From an uncultured Ruminococcus sp. (lineage in GTDB: Bacteria; Bacillota; Clostridia; Oscillospirales; CAG-382): DNA of 64,000 nt. The translations under genes and the position numbers were made by a program. The DNA lies in the NCBI GenBank assembly GCA_964549435.1, contig CAZJVB010000010.1, positions 638 through 64,637 on the forward strand, given 5' to 3'. Shown in pieces: positions 17,968-27,629 of this stretch; position 1 is the first letter of the stretch; each line of letters starts with the position of its first letter. The notes below the pieces were generated by a model, which was not told the origin of the DNA, ran no database searches, and saw nothing but the letters and a program-made list of their open reading frames with translations.

Positions 17968-20472
17968 TCAGCTTTCCGATGCAGTGTCGTGCGTGACGGT
18001 CATGTTGCCGTACTCGTCGAAGACGGAGAAGTCCGTGATCTGGCTGCAGCCGGTCAGGGTAACGGTGAGCTTTGATATTTCATCGAAGAGCAGGTTTGCT
18101 TCCTGCGTGTCGGTCGCCGGCGTGCCGAACGCGGCGGCGATGGAATCGTCCGTCAGCGCGGTACACTTAGACAGATCGACCTTGGTCAGCGCTTCGAGTG
18201 TGGAGAGGCAGGAAATATCGGTCAGCTTCTCGCATTCGGACAGCGTCAGCGTCGTGACGGAAGCGTTGTCCCTGAGCCCTTCGATGCCAGTGATTTCCGA
18301 GCCTGTCAGGTTCACCGTGGTCAGCTTTTCCAGATCCTTCAGCACCGGCAGCTCGCGGATGCCGCAATTCTGCGCGGTCAGCGTAGTCAGTGCGGTCAGG
18401 GTTTCGATGCCCTCCAGTGACAGCAGCTTGCTGTTTTCACTGACGGTCAGTGTGGTCAGCGCAGTGCAGCCGTCGAACCGGAGCGCGGTCTCCTCCGCAT
18501 CCATCCCGAGTTGATTGTCCGAGAGATCCAGACTGGTCAGTCTGGAGGCGGAGAGGATGAGATGGGTGAGCCGGTTGCCGGAAAGGTTCAGCGTGAGGGT
18601 GATGTCGTCATCCTCGCCGTCTCCGTCCGCATCCGTCTGCTCATGACCGGTCGGATTGAAAGCGGACAGTCCGGACGCATCGGTCAGCTTGTTATCGGAA
18701 AGATTGACGGTGGTTGCCTTGGTCAGACCGGACAAATCGGGAACGGAGGTCAGCTTGTTGTCGGAAAGGTTCAGCGTGGCAAGCTCGGACATTCCGCTGA
18801 CGGCAGACGCATCGGTCAGTGCATTGCCGGAGGCATCCAGATAGGTGACGGCGGTTGCCGCAACCAGACCGTTCAAATCGGTCAGCTTATTGTCCGTCAG
18901 ATACACGGTCTCCAGCTTATCGAAGCCGGTCAATGCGTTCACGTCGGCAAGCAGGCAGTCCGCAGCGTAAAGTACCTTGAGGTTCTTTAGATTTTCGATG
19001 CCGGTCAGATCGGTCAGCGGGTTGTTTGCGACTGACAGATATTTGATATTCTGCAGCGCGGACAGCATGGACAGATCGGAAATATTGTTGTTGGTGATGT
19101 CCAGATAAATGAGGTTCGGCAGTTTTGCGAGAACAGCCAGATCCTCTGTATCCAGACCGGTTTCGTTGAACGTCGGTTCTTCTTCCTCATCCTCCTCATC
19201 GCTGCCGGACGTATCCCCAGAGGTGTCATCGGACGTATCGCCGGAGGCGTCATCAGAGGTATCGCCGGAGGTATCATCAGAGGTATCCTCAGCGGTGTCA
19301 TCAGAGGTATCGCCGGAGGCGTCATCGGACGTATCGCCGGAGGCGTCATCGGAGGTATCACCGGAGGTGTCATCAGAGGTATCGCCGGAGGCGTCATCGG
19401 ACGTATCGCCGGAGGCGTCATCGGATATATCGCCGGAGGCGTCATCGGACGTATCCCCGGAGGCGTCATCGGAGGTATCATCAGAGGTATCACCGGAGGT
19501 GTCATCGGACGTATCACCGGAGGTGTCATCAGAGGTATCGTCGGAGACGTCATCGGAGGTATCGCCGGAGACGTCATCGGACGTATCGCCGGAGGCGTCA
19601 TCAGAGGTATCGCCGGAGACGTCATCGGACGTATCACCGGAGGTGTCGTCAGAGGTATCGCCGGAGGCAGTGGAAGTAACGTTGATGCTGTTGAGTCCTA
19701 AGAATTTCAGGTTGGGGGTGTTTTCCAAAGCCGAAATGTCGGTCAGCGCCGTATAGGTGGCGTCCAGCTTATTCAGATTCGGGAAGTTTTCCAGTCCCTC
19801 CAGCGTGGTAATGCCGGTATAGCAAACGGAAAGCTGTTCCAGCTTGGTCAGAGAGGAGATCTGGTTCAAGTTTGTCAGCCCGGACAGACGGGTATTGCTG
19901 ATCACCGTATCCACGGAAACAGCGGTGGTGCCTAGTCCGTACAGACTGTAAATTTGCGTGGTCTGGCAGTTGGTAGACATCTCGTTGAGTTCAGTAACGT
20001 CGAATGCACGCAGCAGACGCAGATTGCGGAACAGGTTCAGATCCTCCGGATCGCTCAGGATGTAGCTGACCACCTTATAATGAGAGCTGTAATCCGTGTC
20101 ATCCGCAGTATCGGATACATAATCGGGATCGCTCTGCTCGATCAGAGCGTCGGTGTAGGTCTTGTCACAGAGCATGACAACCGGATACGCGTAGGAGCTG
20201 TATCCGTTGGAGGTATCGACGCCGATGCTGCAGAAATAGACCAATCCTTCAAATTGGTCAAGATCCTCCTGCTCCAGCTTATAGCGGGATGAAAGACCAA
20301 GCGCGCTCGCAATTGCGGACGCGAAGTCCTCGTCCTTGAACTTTTCAGCAAGAGAAGCGCGGTGCAGCAGACAGACCACGACGGTTGCAAGAATCAGCGC
20401 AAACACCAGAACGCAGCAGACGATGGCGGCGATCAGATGCTTCTTTTGCTTTTTTCTGAATGTGGATGCCAT
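17968..20472 (-). CDS. Membrane-anchored leucine-rich-repeat (internalin-like) surface protein with a long acidic SGDTSDD repeat linker
   Basis: ORF trimmed to M15 (MASTFRKKQKKHLIAAIVCCVLVFALILATVVV, an N-terminal TM), with GGAGGG upstream. There are many ~22-aa LRR units (LxxLxLxxNxLTDxxxL). Confidence 0.85.
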   Translation of the reverse strand: MASTFRKKQKKHLIAAIVCCVLVFALILATVVVCLLHRASLAEKFKDEDFASAIASALGLSSRYKLEQEDLDQFEGLVYFCSIGVDTSNGYSSYAYPVVMLCDKTYTDALIEQSDPDYVSDTADDTDYSSHYKVVSYILSDPEDLNLFRNLRLLRAFDVTELNEMSTNCQTTQIYSLYGLGTTAVSVDTVISNTRLSGLTNLNQISSLTKLEQLSVCYTGITTLEGLENFPNLNKLDATYTALTDISALENTPNLKFLGLNSINVTSTASGDTSDDTSGDTSDDVSGDTSDDASGDTSDDVSGDTSDDVSDDTSDDTSGDTSDDTSGDTSDDTSDDASGDTSDDASGDISDDASGDTSDDASGDTSDDTSGDTSDDASGDTSDDASGDTSDDTAEDTSDDTSGDTSDDASGDTSDDTSGDTSGSDEEDEEEEPTFNETGLDTEDLAVLAKLPNLIYLDITNNNISDLSMLSALQNIKYLSVANNPLTDLTGIENLKNLKVLYAADCLLADVNALTGFDKLETVYLTDNKLTDLNGLVAATAVTYLDASGNALTDASAVSGMSELATLNLSDNKLTSVPDLSGLTKATTVNLSDNKLTDASGLSAFNPTGHEQTDADGDGEDDDITLTLNLSGNRLTHLILSASRLTSLDLSDNQLGMDAEETALRFDGCTALTTLTVSENSKLLSLEGIETLTALTTLTAQNCGIRELPVLKDLEKLTTVNLTGSEITGIEGLRDNASVTTLTLSECEKLTDISCLSTLEALTKVDLSKCTALTDDSIAAAFGTPATDTQEANLLFDEISKLTVTLTGCSQITDFSVFDEYGNMTVTHDTASES
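19204..19670. repeat. In-frame 24-nt tandem repeat array (~19-20 units) inside the LRR gene
   Basis: Units resemble ggacgtatcgccggaggcgtcatc and encode (S/T)GDTSDD(A/T/V). The region is open in three frames because of the periodicity. Confidence 0.9.
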
Positions 20473-20552
20473 AGTTGTTTCCCTCCGGATCTTATATCGA
20501 TCTTCTTTTAACAATGAATCATTTTAGCATAAAACGGCGATAAATGCAAGAG

Positions 20553-21854
20553 TTATTTTTGATAACCTGCCAGAAGGCGAAAGACCTGCTCTGCGATGCG
20601 GAAATTTTCCACGGTTCTGCCATAGGATTCGGTTTCCGTTTCCGGATTTCGGCGCAGGCAGAGAACCGCACTCCCTGCAAGCTCGGAGAATCCTTCCGCT
20701 TCATAAAGCTCCAGTGAGGACAGTGTCAGCCCGTAGCCGTCCACCGCTGCTTCCAGACCGGCAAGCTCTTCCGGCAGCGCTTCCAGCAGGTGATGATCCC
20801 TTGCATAGGCGAAAGCTTCCTCATCCAGCAGCCAAAGCAGACTGTCCCCGGCGACCAGTTCGGTACGGATTTCCTTGGCGGCGACTTCTCCGTAAAGCGC
20901 AGAGCCGCTGCGGGTGACAGCCGACAGCGTTCCTTTGCACACGCCGTCTCCGTTGCTGTCCTCGGTCAGGGAGGAAAGCAGCTGCTCAATTGGCAGGCGG
21001 ATGCTGCGAAACACCGGCTGTTCACCTGCGTAGAACAGCGTAAGGTCGGACACTGCGTCTGTTTCATCCGCCCGATTTTCGGAGCGGTAGGAAAGCAGCT
21101 GCAGCAGTAGGTCACGGTGAGCTTCCCAGACCTCCACTGTCCGCCCGTAGGAAATCGCATCCTGCTCCGGGGAGCGGCGCAGGCAGACGACGGTATCCGC
21201 CGGCATCCGGGTAAAGCCGGGCAGTTCATAGCCGTCCAGATCGCCCAGATAAATGCCGTAGCCGTCGAAGCTGACCGAGACGTCGACGCCGAGCTCCTCC
21301 AACGGCTGCAGGACGCCCTCCGCCTTTGCCTGCCGATAGTAATACGGCTCTAAAAAATACAGCAGCGAATCCCCGGCACGCAGCTCGGTTTGGAATCGCG
21401 TGTAGGCGGCGTTCTGCTGATCATAGGTATATTGCAGTCCGTCCGCATCCGTGACGTGTGCTACGGTCAGATCCAGAAAGTCAAACCGGAATTCGCCGTC
21501 TCCGTTGTAATCCCCGGCGGCTTCCCCGGATAGAGCGGAGACGCTTGCTTCCAGCTTTTCCTGCTCTGCGGGCGTCAGATAATACGGACCGATGTACATC
21601 AGTGACAGGTCCGGATTGGATGTGCGGTGTATTTGAGAAATGCCGGCGATCACGCCGACAAGGATCAGCAGTCCGATCAGGATCTGCCACTTATAGTATT
21701 CGAGGAGATAGGAAAGCCAGCCGCGGAAACCGGGTGCGCGGTGTTCATATTTTTTCGATTCGGCGTCTTCCGCCTTTGTTTCCCCGCCGGGTTGTTCCTT
21801 TTCCGCCTGCTGCTTGAGCTTCTGGATTTCCTGCATTTGCTTGTAATCTCTCAT
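20553..21854 (-). CDS. Single-pass membrane protein with two tandem copies of an uncharacterised extracytoplasmic domain
   Basis: ORF trimmed to M50 (ATG 21852-21854, 7 nt after GGAGG). The TM is WQILIGLLILVGVIAGI. The internal duplication pairs GDSLLYFLEP...VVCLRRSPEQDAISYGRTVE with GDSLLWLLDE...VLCLRRNPETETESYGRTVE. Confidence 0.6.
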   Translation of the reverse strand: MRDYKQMQEIQKLKQQAEKEQPGGETKAEDAESKKYEHRAPGFRGWLSYLLEYYKWQILIGLLILVGVIAGISQIHRTSNPDLSLMYIGPYYLTPAEQEKLEASVSALSGEAAGDYNGDGEFRFDFLDLTVAHVTDADGLQYTYDQQNAAYTRFQTELRAGDSLLYFLEPYYYRQAKAEGVLQPLEELGVDVSVSFDGYGIYLGDLDGYELPGFTRMPADTVVCLRRSPEQDAISYGRTVEVWEAHRDLLLQLLSYRSENRADETDAVSDLTLFYAGEQPVFRSIRLPIEQLLSSLTEDSNGDGVCKGTLSAVTRSGSALYGEVAAKEIRTELVAGDSLLWLLDEEAFAYARDHHLLEALPEELAGLEAAVDGYGLTLSSLELYEAEGFSELAGSAVLCLRRNPETETESYGRTVENFRIAEQVFRLLAGYQK

Positions 21855-22037
21855 CGCCGGTCCTCCGCTTTTTCGGTCGCTTATCCAACCCCGCCTTGGG
21901 CAAATGGCATTGCCCTTTCCGGCGCGGATTCTTTTCGTCAGGGGGACATCCCGCCTGCACGATATTTTCTTTATTATATCATATACATCAGGAGATATCA
22001 AGTCCTCTTTTTGTAAAAAACTTTCGGTTCAACCCTG

Positions 22038-22066
22038 TTGACAAATGCGTTTCGGAATGGTATCAT
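22038..22066 (+). promoter_or_regulatory. Sigma-A promoter for the flavodiiron gene
   Basis: TTGACA (22038-22043), 17 nt, TATCAT (22061-22066). Confidence 0.6.
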
Positions 22067-22116
22067 GACAGGGAAAAAGAAAACCAATATGAACGTGGAA
22101 AGAAAGGGAGTTTTCC

Positions 22117-23910
22117 TTGAAGTTACCTGAAGATATCCGCTATGTGGGCGTCAATGACCATTCGTTGGATCTGTTTGAGGGGCAGTATCCGATTCCTGAC
22201 GGCATCTCGTACAATTCCTATGTGATACTGGATGAAAGCATTGCGGTGCTGGATACCGTGGACGCACATTTTACCCATGAATGGCTGGACAACCTTCAAA
22301 CGGTGCTCGGCGGCCGTTCGCCGGCGTATCTGATCGTCCAGCATATGGAGCCGGATCATTCTGCCAATATTGTGCAATTTATGAAGCTGTATACCGATAC
22401 GATTGTCGTCGCCTCCCAAAAGGCGTTCTCGATGATGCAGCAGTTCTTCGGCACGGATTTTTCAGACCGCCGCATTGTGGTCGGGGAGGGGGATTCCCTT
22501 TCTTTGGGAAGGCGCACGCTTTCCTTTGTGACCGCGCCGATGGTGCATTGGCCGGAAGTTATCATGACGTATGACAGGACGGACGGCGTGCTGTTTTCCG
22601 CGGACGCGTTCGGAACCTTCGGCGCCTTAGACCGCCCGGCGGAGGATTGGGCGAGCGAGGCGCGGCGGTATTATTTTGGCATCGTCGGGAAGTACGGCGT
22701 GCAGGTGCAGGCGCTGCTTAGAAAGGCCGCTTCGCTGGACATCAGATTCCTGTGCCCGCTGCACGGACCGGTGTTGACCGAGCAGCTTGAAAGGTATCTG
22801 CAGCTTTACCGTCTCTGGTCGTCTTACGGCGTGGAGAGTGAAGGGATTTTGATCGCCTATACCTCTGTTTACGGAAACACCCGGAAAGCGGTTGAGCTGC
22901 TGGAAGGAAAGCTGCGCGCCAAAGGCTGTCCGCAGGTGGTCGTTCGCGATCTTGCGCGCTGTGATATGGCGGAGACCGTTGCTGACGCTTTTCGGTTCGG
23001 AAAGCTTGTGCTTGCAACCACGACGTACAACGCGGACATTTTCCCGTATATGAAGACGTTCCTTCATCATCTGACGGAAAGGAACTTTCAGAGCCGGATT
23101 GTCGGTCTGATAGAAAACGGCTCTTGGGCACCGCTTGCCGCCAAAACCATGCGCGGACTGCTGGAGCAGTGCAAAAAGCTGACCTTTACCGATACGACGG
23201 TCCGGCTCCTGTCCGCTTTGAATGACGAAAGCAAGGAACAGCTGGATGCGCTTTCGGAGGAGCTGTGCAGTGACTATCTCGCCCGCCGCAATGAAACGGC
23301 GAACAAGAACGACCTTTCTGCGCTGTTCCGGATCGGATACGGTTTGTATGTGGTTACCTCCTATGACGGCAAAAAGGATAACGGGCTGATCGTCAACACG
23401 GTATCGCAGGTCACCAATTCACCTAACCGGATCGCCGTGACGATCAATAAGCAGAACTATTCCCATCATGTGATCCGGCAGACCGGCGTGATGAACGTCA
23501 ACTGCCTGTCCGTGGATGCGCCGTTTTCGGTATTTGAAACCTTTGGCTTTCAGAGCGGACGGCAAGTGGATAAGTTTGCGAACACGGAACTGCTGCGCTC
23601 GGACAACGGACTGGCGTTCCTGCCGAGGCATATCAATGCGTTCCTGTCGCTCAAGGTGGAACAGTATTTGGATTTGGATACGCATGGCATGTTTATCTGC
23701 AGCGTAACCGAGGCGCGTGTGATCTCTTCGGCGGAGACGATGACCTATACCTACTATCAGAACAACGTGAAGCCCAAGCCCGAAACCGAGGGGAAGAAGG
23801 GATATGTCTGCAAGGTGTGCGGCTATGTATATGAGGGAGAGACGCTGCCGGAGGATTTCATCTGCCCGCTCTGCAAGCATGGCGCTGCCGATTTTGAGCC
23901 GATCGCGTAA
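22117..23910 (+). CDS. Multidomain flavodiiron protein: diiron MBL domain + flavodoxin + flavin-reductase-like domain + rubredoxin
   Basis: TTG start 7 nt after AAGGGAG. The diiron motif HMEPDH is present. The flavodoxin segment is ILIAYTSVYGNTRKA, and the Flavin_Reduct-like segment is GLYVVTSYDGKKDNGLIVNTVSQV. The C-terminal rubredoxin is CKVCGYVYEG...CPLCKHG. Confidence 0.9.
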   Translation: MKLPEDIRYVGVNDHSLDLFEGQYPIPDGISYNSYVILDESIAVLDTVDAHFTHEWLDNLQTVLGGRSPAYLIVQHMEPDHSANIVQFMKLYTDTIVVASQKAFSMMQQFFGTDFSDRRIVVGEGDSLSLGRRTLSFVTAPMVHWPEVIMTYDRTDGVLFSADAFGTFGALDRPAEDWASEARRYYFGIVGKYGVQVQALLRKAASLDIRFLCPLHGPVLTEQLERYLQLYRLWSSYGVESEGILIAYTSVYGNTRKAVELLEGKLRAKGCPQVVVRDLARCDMAETVADAFRFGKLVLATTTYNADIFPYMKTFLHHLTERNFQSRIVGLIENGSWAPLAAKTMRGLLEQCKKLTFTDTTVRLLSALNDESKEQLDALSEELCSDYLARRNETANKNDLSALFRIGYGLYVVTSYDGKKDNGLIVNTVSQVTNSPNRIAVTINKQNYSHHVIRQTGVMNVNCLSVDAPFSVFETFGFQSGRQVDKFANTELLRSDNGLAFLPRHINAFLSLKVEQYLDLDTHGMFICSVTEARVISSAETMTYTYYQNNVKPKPETEGKKGYVCKVCGYVYEGETLPEDFICPLCKHGAADFEPIA

Positions 23911-23994
23911 AAAAGCTGCCTGTTTCGCATCCGAAAATAGAAAAAATAGCGAAAAAAAGAACCATACGGGGCGCTTTTTCGTACCGCTTTGCTC

Positions 23995-24023
23995 TTGACA
24001 GAAAAAGACGTCCTGTGTATAAT
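23995..24023 (+). promoter_or_regulatory. Consensus sigma-A promoter for pdxST
   Basis: TTGACA (23995-24000), 17 nt, TATAAT (24018-24023). Confidence 0.7.
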
Positions 24024-24073
24024 AACTATCGAATATGTAGGTTATACTCAAAATATAGAAGGAGAAGCTTCTC

Positions 24074-24949
24074 ATGGAAAACAGCAGATTGGAATTGAAC
24101 AAGAATCTGGCACAGATGCTGAAGGGCGGCGTCATCATGGACGTCACAACGCCTGAGCAGGCAAAGATCGCTGAGGCTGCGGGCGCCTGTGCCGTTATGG
24201 CGTTGGAGCGGATTCCCGCCGATATCCGCGCGGCGGGCGGGGTGTCCCGTATGAGCGATCCGAAGATGATCAAAGGGATTCAGAACGCCGTCTCTATCCC
24301 GGTCATGGCGAAATGCCGGATCGGTCATTTTGCGGAGGCGCAGATTCTGCAGGCGATTGAAATCGATTATATCGATGAAAGCGAGGTGCTTTCTCCCGCA
24401 GATGATAAATATCATATTGACAAGACCAAATTCGACGTTCCGTTTGTCTGCGGTGCGAAGGATCTGGGGGAGGCGCTCCGGAGAATCAACGAAGGCGCTG
24501 CAATGATCCGTACCAAAGGGGAACCCGGCACCGGCGATGTCGTGCAGGCTGTTCGCCATATGCGGATGATGCAGTCTGAAATCCGCCGCATCGGTTCGAT
24601 GTCGGAGGATGAGCTGTTTGATGTAGCCAAGCAGCTACAGGTTCCCTATGATCTGGTGCTGTATGTGCATGAAAACAAGAAACTGCCGGTAGTCAATTTT
24701 GCGGCGGGCGGCATTGCGACTCCCGCAGACGCTGCGCTGATGATGCAGCTCGGCGCGGAGGGGGTATTTGTCGGCTCTGGAATTTTCAAATCCGGCAATC
24801 CCGAAAAACGCGCTGCTGCAATTGTCAAGGCGGTCACCAACTTTACCGACGCAGGCATGCTTGCCGCGTTGTCCGAGGATCTCGGTGAGGCGATGGTCGG
24901 CATCAATGAACAGGAAATCGCGCTTTTGATGGCGGAAAGAGGAAAATAA
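24074..24949 (+). CDS. pdxS: Pyridoxal 5'-phosphate synthase lyase subunit PdxS
   Basis: 291 aa. [42 protein letters not shown] is the highly conserved PdxS sequence. Confidence 0.95.
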   Translation: MENSRLELNKNLAQMLKGGVIMDVTTPEQAKIAEAAGACAVMALERIPADIRAAGGVSRMSDPKMIKGIQNAVSIPVMAKCRIGHFAEAQILQAIEIDYIDESEVLSPADDKYHIDKTKFDVPFVCGAKDLGEALRRINEGAAMIRTKGEPGTGDVVQAVRHMRMMQSEIRRIGSMSEDELFDVAKQLQVPYDLVLYVHENKKLPVVNFAAGGIATPADAALMMQLGAEGVFVGSGIFKSGNPEKRAAAIVKAVTNFTDAGMLAALSEDLGEAMVGINEQEIALLMAERGK

Positions 24950-24951
24950 GC

Positions 24952-25521
24952 ATGCGGATCGGCATCCTTGCCCTGCAGGGGGCGTTTATCGAGCATGAGC
25001 AGATGCTCTCCCGCTTGGGCGTCGCTTCTTTTGAAATTCGTCAGAGACGGGATCTGGAGATGCCGTTTGACGGGTTGATTATCCCCGGTGGGGAAAGCAC
25101 CGTGCAGGGAAAGCTTCTGCGGGAGCTGGAGTTGTTTGCGCCGCTGCGGGAAAGGATTGCGGACGGGCTTCCCGTCTTCGGTACCTGTGCAGGACTGCTT
25201 CTGCTTGCAAAAACCATCCGGAATGACGATCGCACGCATTTTGCAACGATGGACATTACTGCGGTCCGCAATGCTTACGGCAGGCAGCTCGGCAGCTTTT
25301 ATACCGAAGCAGACTGTAAGGGAATCGGGAGAATCCCGATGACCTTCATCCGTGCGCCGTATATTGAATCGGTGTCCGGCGATACGGAGGTGCTTGCGGA
25401 GGTGGACGGGCATATCGTTGCCGCGAGGCAGGGAACCCAGCTGGTTACGGCCTTTCACCCGGAGCTGTCCGACGATCCGTCGGTACACCGCTGCTTCCTT
25501 TCGCTGGTACGGGCACAGTAG
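24952..25521 (+). CDS. pdxT: PLP synthase glutaminase subunit PdxT
   Basis: 189 aa. MRIGILALQGAFIEH, the catalytic GTCAG, and FHPE near the C-terminus. Confidence 0.95.
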   Translation: MRIGILALQGAFIEHEQMLSRLGVASFEIRQRRDLEMPFDGLIIPGGESTVQGKLLRELELFAPLRERIADGLPVFGTCAGLLLLAKTIRNDDRTHFATMDITAVRNAYGRQLGSFYTEADCKGIGRIPMTFIRAPYIESVSGDTEVLAEVDGHIVAARQGTQLVTAFHPELSDDPSVHRCFLSLVRAQ

Positions 25522-25607
25522 GATAGCAGCGGTGGCGTGCATATGCTGCGCATGCCTTCTACCGGATTTTCGATGAGAAGCGGTCAATTAGAATCTTATG
25601 GTTAATG

Positions 25608-25650
25608 AAAAGCTGAGCCTGATTTTTATAATTGGGCTCAGCTTTATTCT
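25608..25650 (+). terminator. Terminator after pdxT
   Basis: aaaagctgagcc (25608-25619) pairs with ggctcagcttt (25635-25645), followed by a T-rich stretch. Confidence 0.6.
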
Positions 25651-25876
25651 TGCATTTTTTGTTGATTTTTTGTTTTTCTGCGGTTGGTATACGGTCTCTT
25701 CGACCACAAAACAACGGGATACTGCACACTTTTTTGTCTGAGAGGGCTGATGTTGGTAGAAGCAGTGCTTATTGATTTCCTTAAGGCAAGAGAGGGAGCC
25801 TTTTAAAAGGCTCCCTCAAATATCAGTCCGAACCCGTCGGAGTAAACGGCGGGTTTTTCATTGGCGGGAAAGTGCG

Positions 25877-27448
25877 TTACTTTAAGGCGCGGAAGTAGGC
25901 GATCGTTTCATCCATTGCCGTTTGCGCGGCAGTCTGCAGCGCTTGATAGTTGGAAGAGAACGTGCCGATCTGCTGGGAAGCCATCGTATGCAGCAGGGTA
26001 TCGAGACCCCCCCATGAGAAGATCATACCGATGTCGCATCCGCGACCGGGCAGGATGTAATTTTCGATCATGTCGATCGTGTCATCGTCGCGGCTCTTCA
26101 TGTATTCAATGCACTGTTCCAGATAAGCACCGGCTACCACATTGCCGGAAACGGCGCCCATGACGTTCAGTACATCGGACACCATCTGATAGTCGGAGGC
26201 ACCGAGTGACTGCGGAACTGCAAAGCAGTTGGAGGTCCATGGGTTGATCAAGCTGTAGTAGTTGTCCTGATTTTCATCCCCTTTAGGGATGGGCAGCAGA
26301 CCGAAGTCGTCCTCCATACCACCGAGTTCGATCGGTGTGCCCAGAGAACCGTTGTAGAACAGGCTGTCGCCGCGAATGAAATTATCGAGCAGCAGCTCGG
26401 TCGGCCATTGCGTCACATTGAAATAATCGTTGGCGGAAACGTAGTGCTGGCTATCCTGTACCAGCGTTTGCATTTTCTCCATGACGATAGCGCTGCGTTC
26501 GGAGTACATGCTGAGCACCGGGTATCCGTCCGATGTATCGGTGCTTGCAATTCTGGAGCCGGAGCCGTAGAACAAGCTCCACATATCATCCAGTTGTCCG
26601 CCCCAGCCGTATTCGTCTTGGTAGTCGATCACGCCATCGCTGTTCAAGTCGTTGCTGATTTCCCGGAATAGCTGCAGAACCAGATCGATGGTCCATGTGC
26701 CGTTACGGACGAAATCATAGGGCGTGCCGTTATATTTTTCATCCAGCTTATATTCCAGATACAAGGTTTTGTTGAATGTAAGTGCCGCAGTGGCGGATTT
26801 GTTGATGGTGCCGATGTCGCCGATGGTGAAATACAGTTGTCCGCCGATGGTGCATTCCTCGTTGAACACCTGATCCCACCAAGGCGCATCCATTTGGATG
26901 CCGGGAAGGTCGTAAAGGTTAATCAGCTGTCCCTCCTGCGCCAGCGTTGCACCGTCGTACAGACAGGGAACGACGATCTGGTAGTCGGCGGTAAATGCCA
27001 GATTGTCTTCTCGGATGCGGGCAGCCATTGCGGCATTTGTACGGCTGACGTCATAGACATATTCCTCTTCGATGGTTACGTCGAGCATTTCTTCAACAAG
27101 GGCAATCCGGTCGCCCTGTGCCGAATTGATGACGTCCGGAATTGGCGTTGCGTCGGACTGTGTGTAGTCATTGAAAAGCAGCTCCGAATTGTACTTCGAG
27201 GCGGCGCCGCAGGTCAGAAATTTGACCGTAGTGCCGCTGTAGGTATTTCCGGAGCTTTTGGCGACATACTTGCCGTTCTGATCTACATATTCGTTTTCCG
27301 GAGCGGTTGAGGTGGTTCCTTCGATAGACGGGGTTTGAGATTCGGAAGCCGTTTCACTGCTGTCGCAGGCAGTCAGGAATCCGGTACAGCCGCATATGAG
27401 CAGTACCGCCAGAGCGAGGCAACCGATTTTCAACGTTTTCAGGTTCAC
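25877..27448 (-). CDS. Extracellular solute-binding lipoprotein (ABC sugar-type SBP, ~520-aa class), no cognate permease adjacent
   Basis: GTG start 8 nt after GGGAGG. The signal peptide plus lipobox is LLICGCTGFLTAC. It is a paralog of 33045..34562 (shared DDFGLLPIPKG / DEFGILPIPKT). Confidence 0.8.
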   Translation of the reverse strand: MNLKTLKIGCLALAVLLICGCTGFLTACDSSETASESQTPSIEGTTSTAPENEYVDQNGKYVAKSSGNTYSGTTVKFLTCGAASKYNSELLFNDYTQSDATPIPDVINSAQGDRIALVEEMLDVTIEEEYVYDVSRTNAAMAARIREDNLAFTADYQIVVPCLYDGATLAQEGQLINLYDLPGIQMDAPWWDQVFNEECTIGGQLYFTIGDIGTINKSATAALTFNKTLYLEYKLDEKYNGTPYDFVRNGTWTIDLVLQLFREISNDLNSDGVIDYQDEYGWGGQLDDMWSLFYGSGSRIASTDTSDGYPVLSMYSERSAIVMEKMQTLVQDSQHYVSANDYFNVTQWPTELLLDNFIRGDSLFYNGSLGTPIELGGMEDDFGLLPIPKGDENQDNYYSLINPWTSNCFAVPQSLGASDYQMVSDVLNVMGAVSGNVVAGAYLEQCIEYMKSRDDDTIDMIENYILPGRGCDIGMIFSWGGLDTLLHTMASQQIGTFSSNYQALQTAAQTAMDETIAYFRALK

Positions 27449-27562
27449 GAAAAAAGCCTCCCTAAGTATTTATAGTTCAAATAATCAACTTTATTTTATC
27501 ATAAAGCCAACTTCATTGCAAGATGTTTTTGGAAAAATTTGCGTAGAATTTTTCAAAAAAGG

Positions 27563-27591
27563 TTGCGAAACGGAAAAAAATATGGTATCAT
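27563..27591 (+). promoter_or_regulatory. Sigma-A promoter
   Basis: TTGCGA (27563-27568), 17 nt, TATCAT (27586-27591). Confidence 0.5.
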
Positions 27592-27629
27592 AACAAAGAG
27601 TTATGTGAAATGAAAAGAGGTTGGTCGCC

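Noticed and set aside
19014-19756. Two alternative-frame ORFs, a proline-rich one (19014..19637, minus) and a Ser/Glu-rich one (19109..19756, plus), inside the LRR gene repeat.
   Set aside because: These are artefacts of the 24-nt periodicity, which keeps several frames open. Only the SGDTSDD frame is continuous with the flanking LRR domains.
25650-25865. T-rich spacer with two further hairpins (25791-25817 perfect 9 bp; 25831-25860 followed by TTTTT) after the pdxT terminator. This could be a small transcript.
   Set aside because: No promoter or conserved motif is recognisable. The hairpins can be explained as terminators for the convergent SBP gene and pdxT. The evidence is too weak to call an sRNA.
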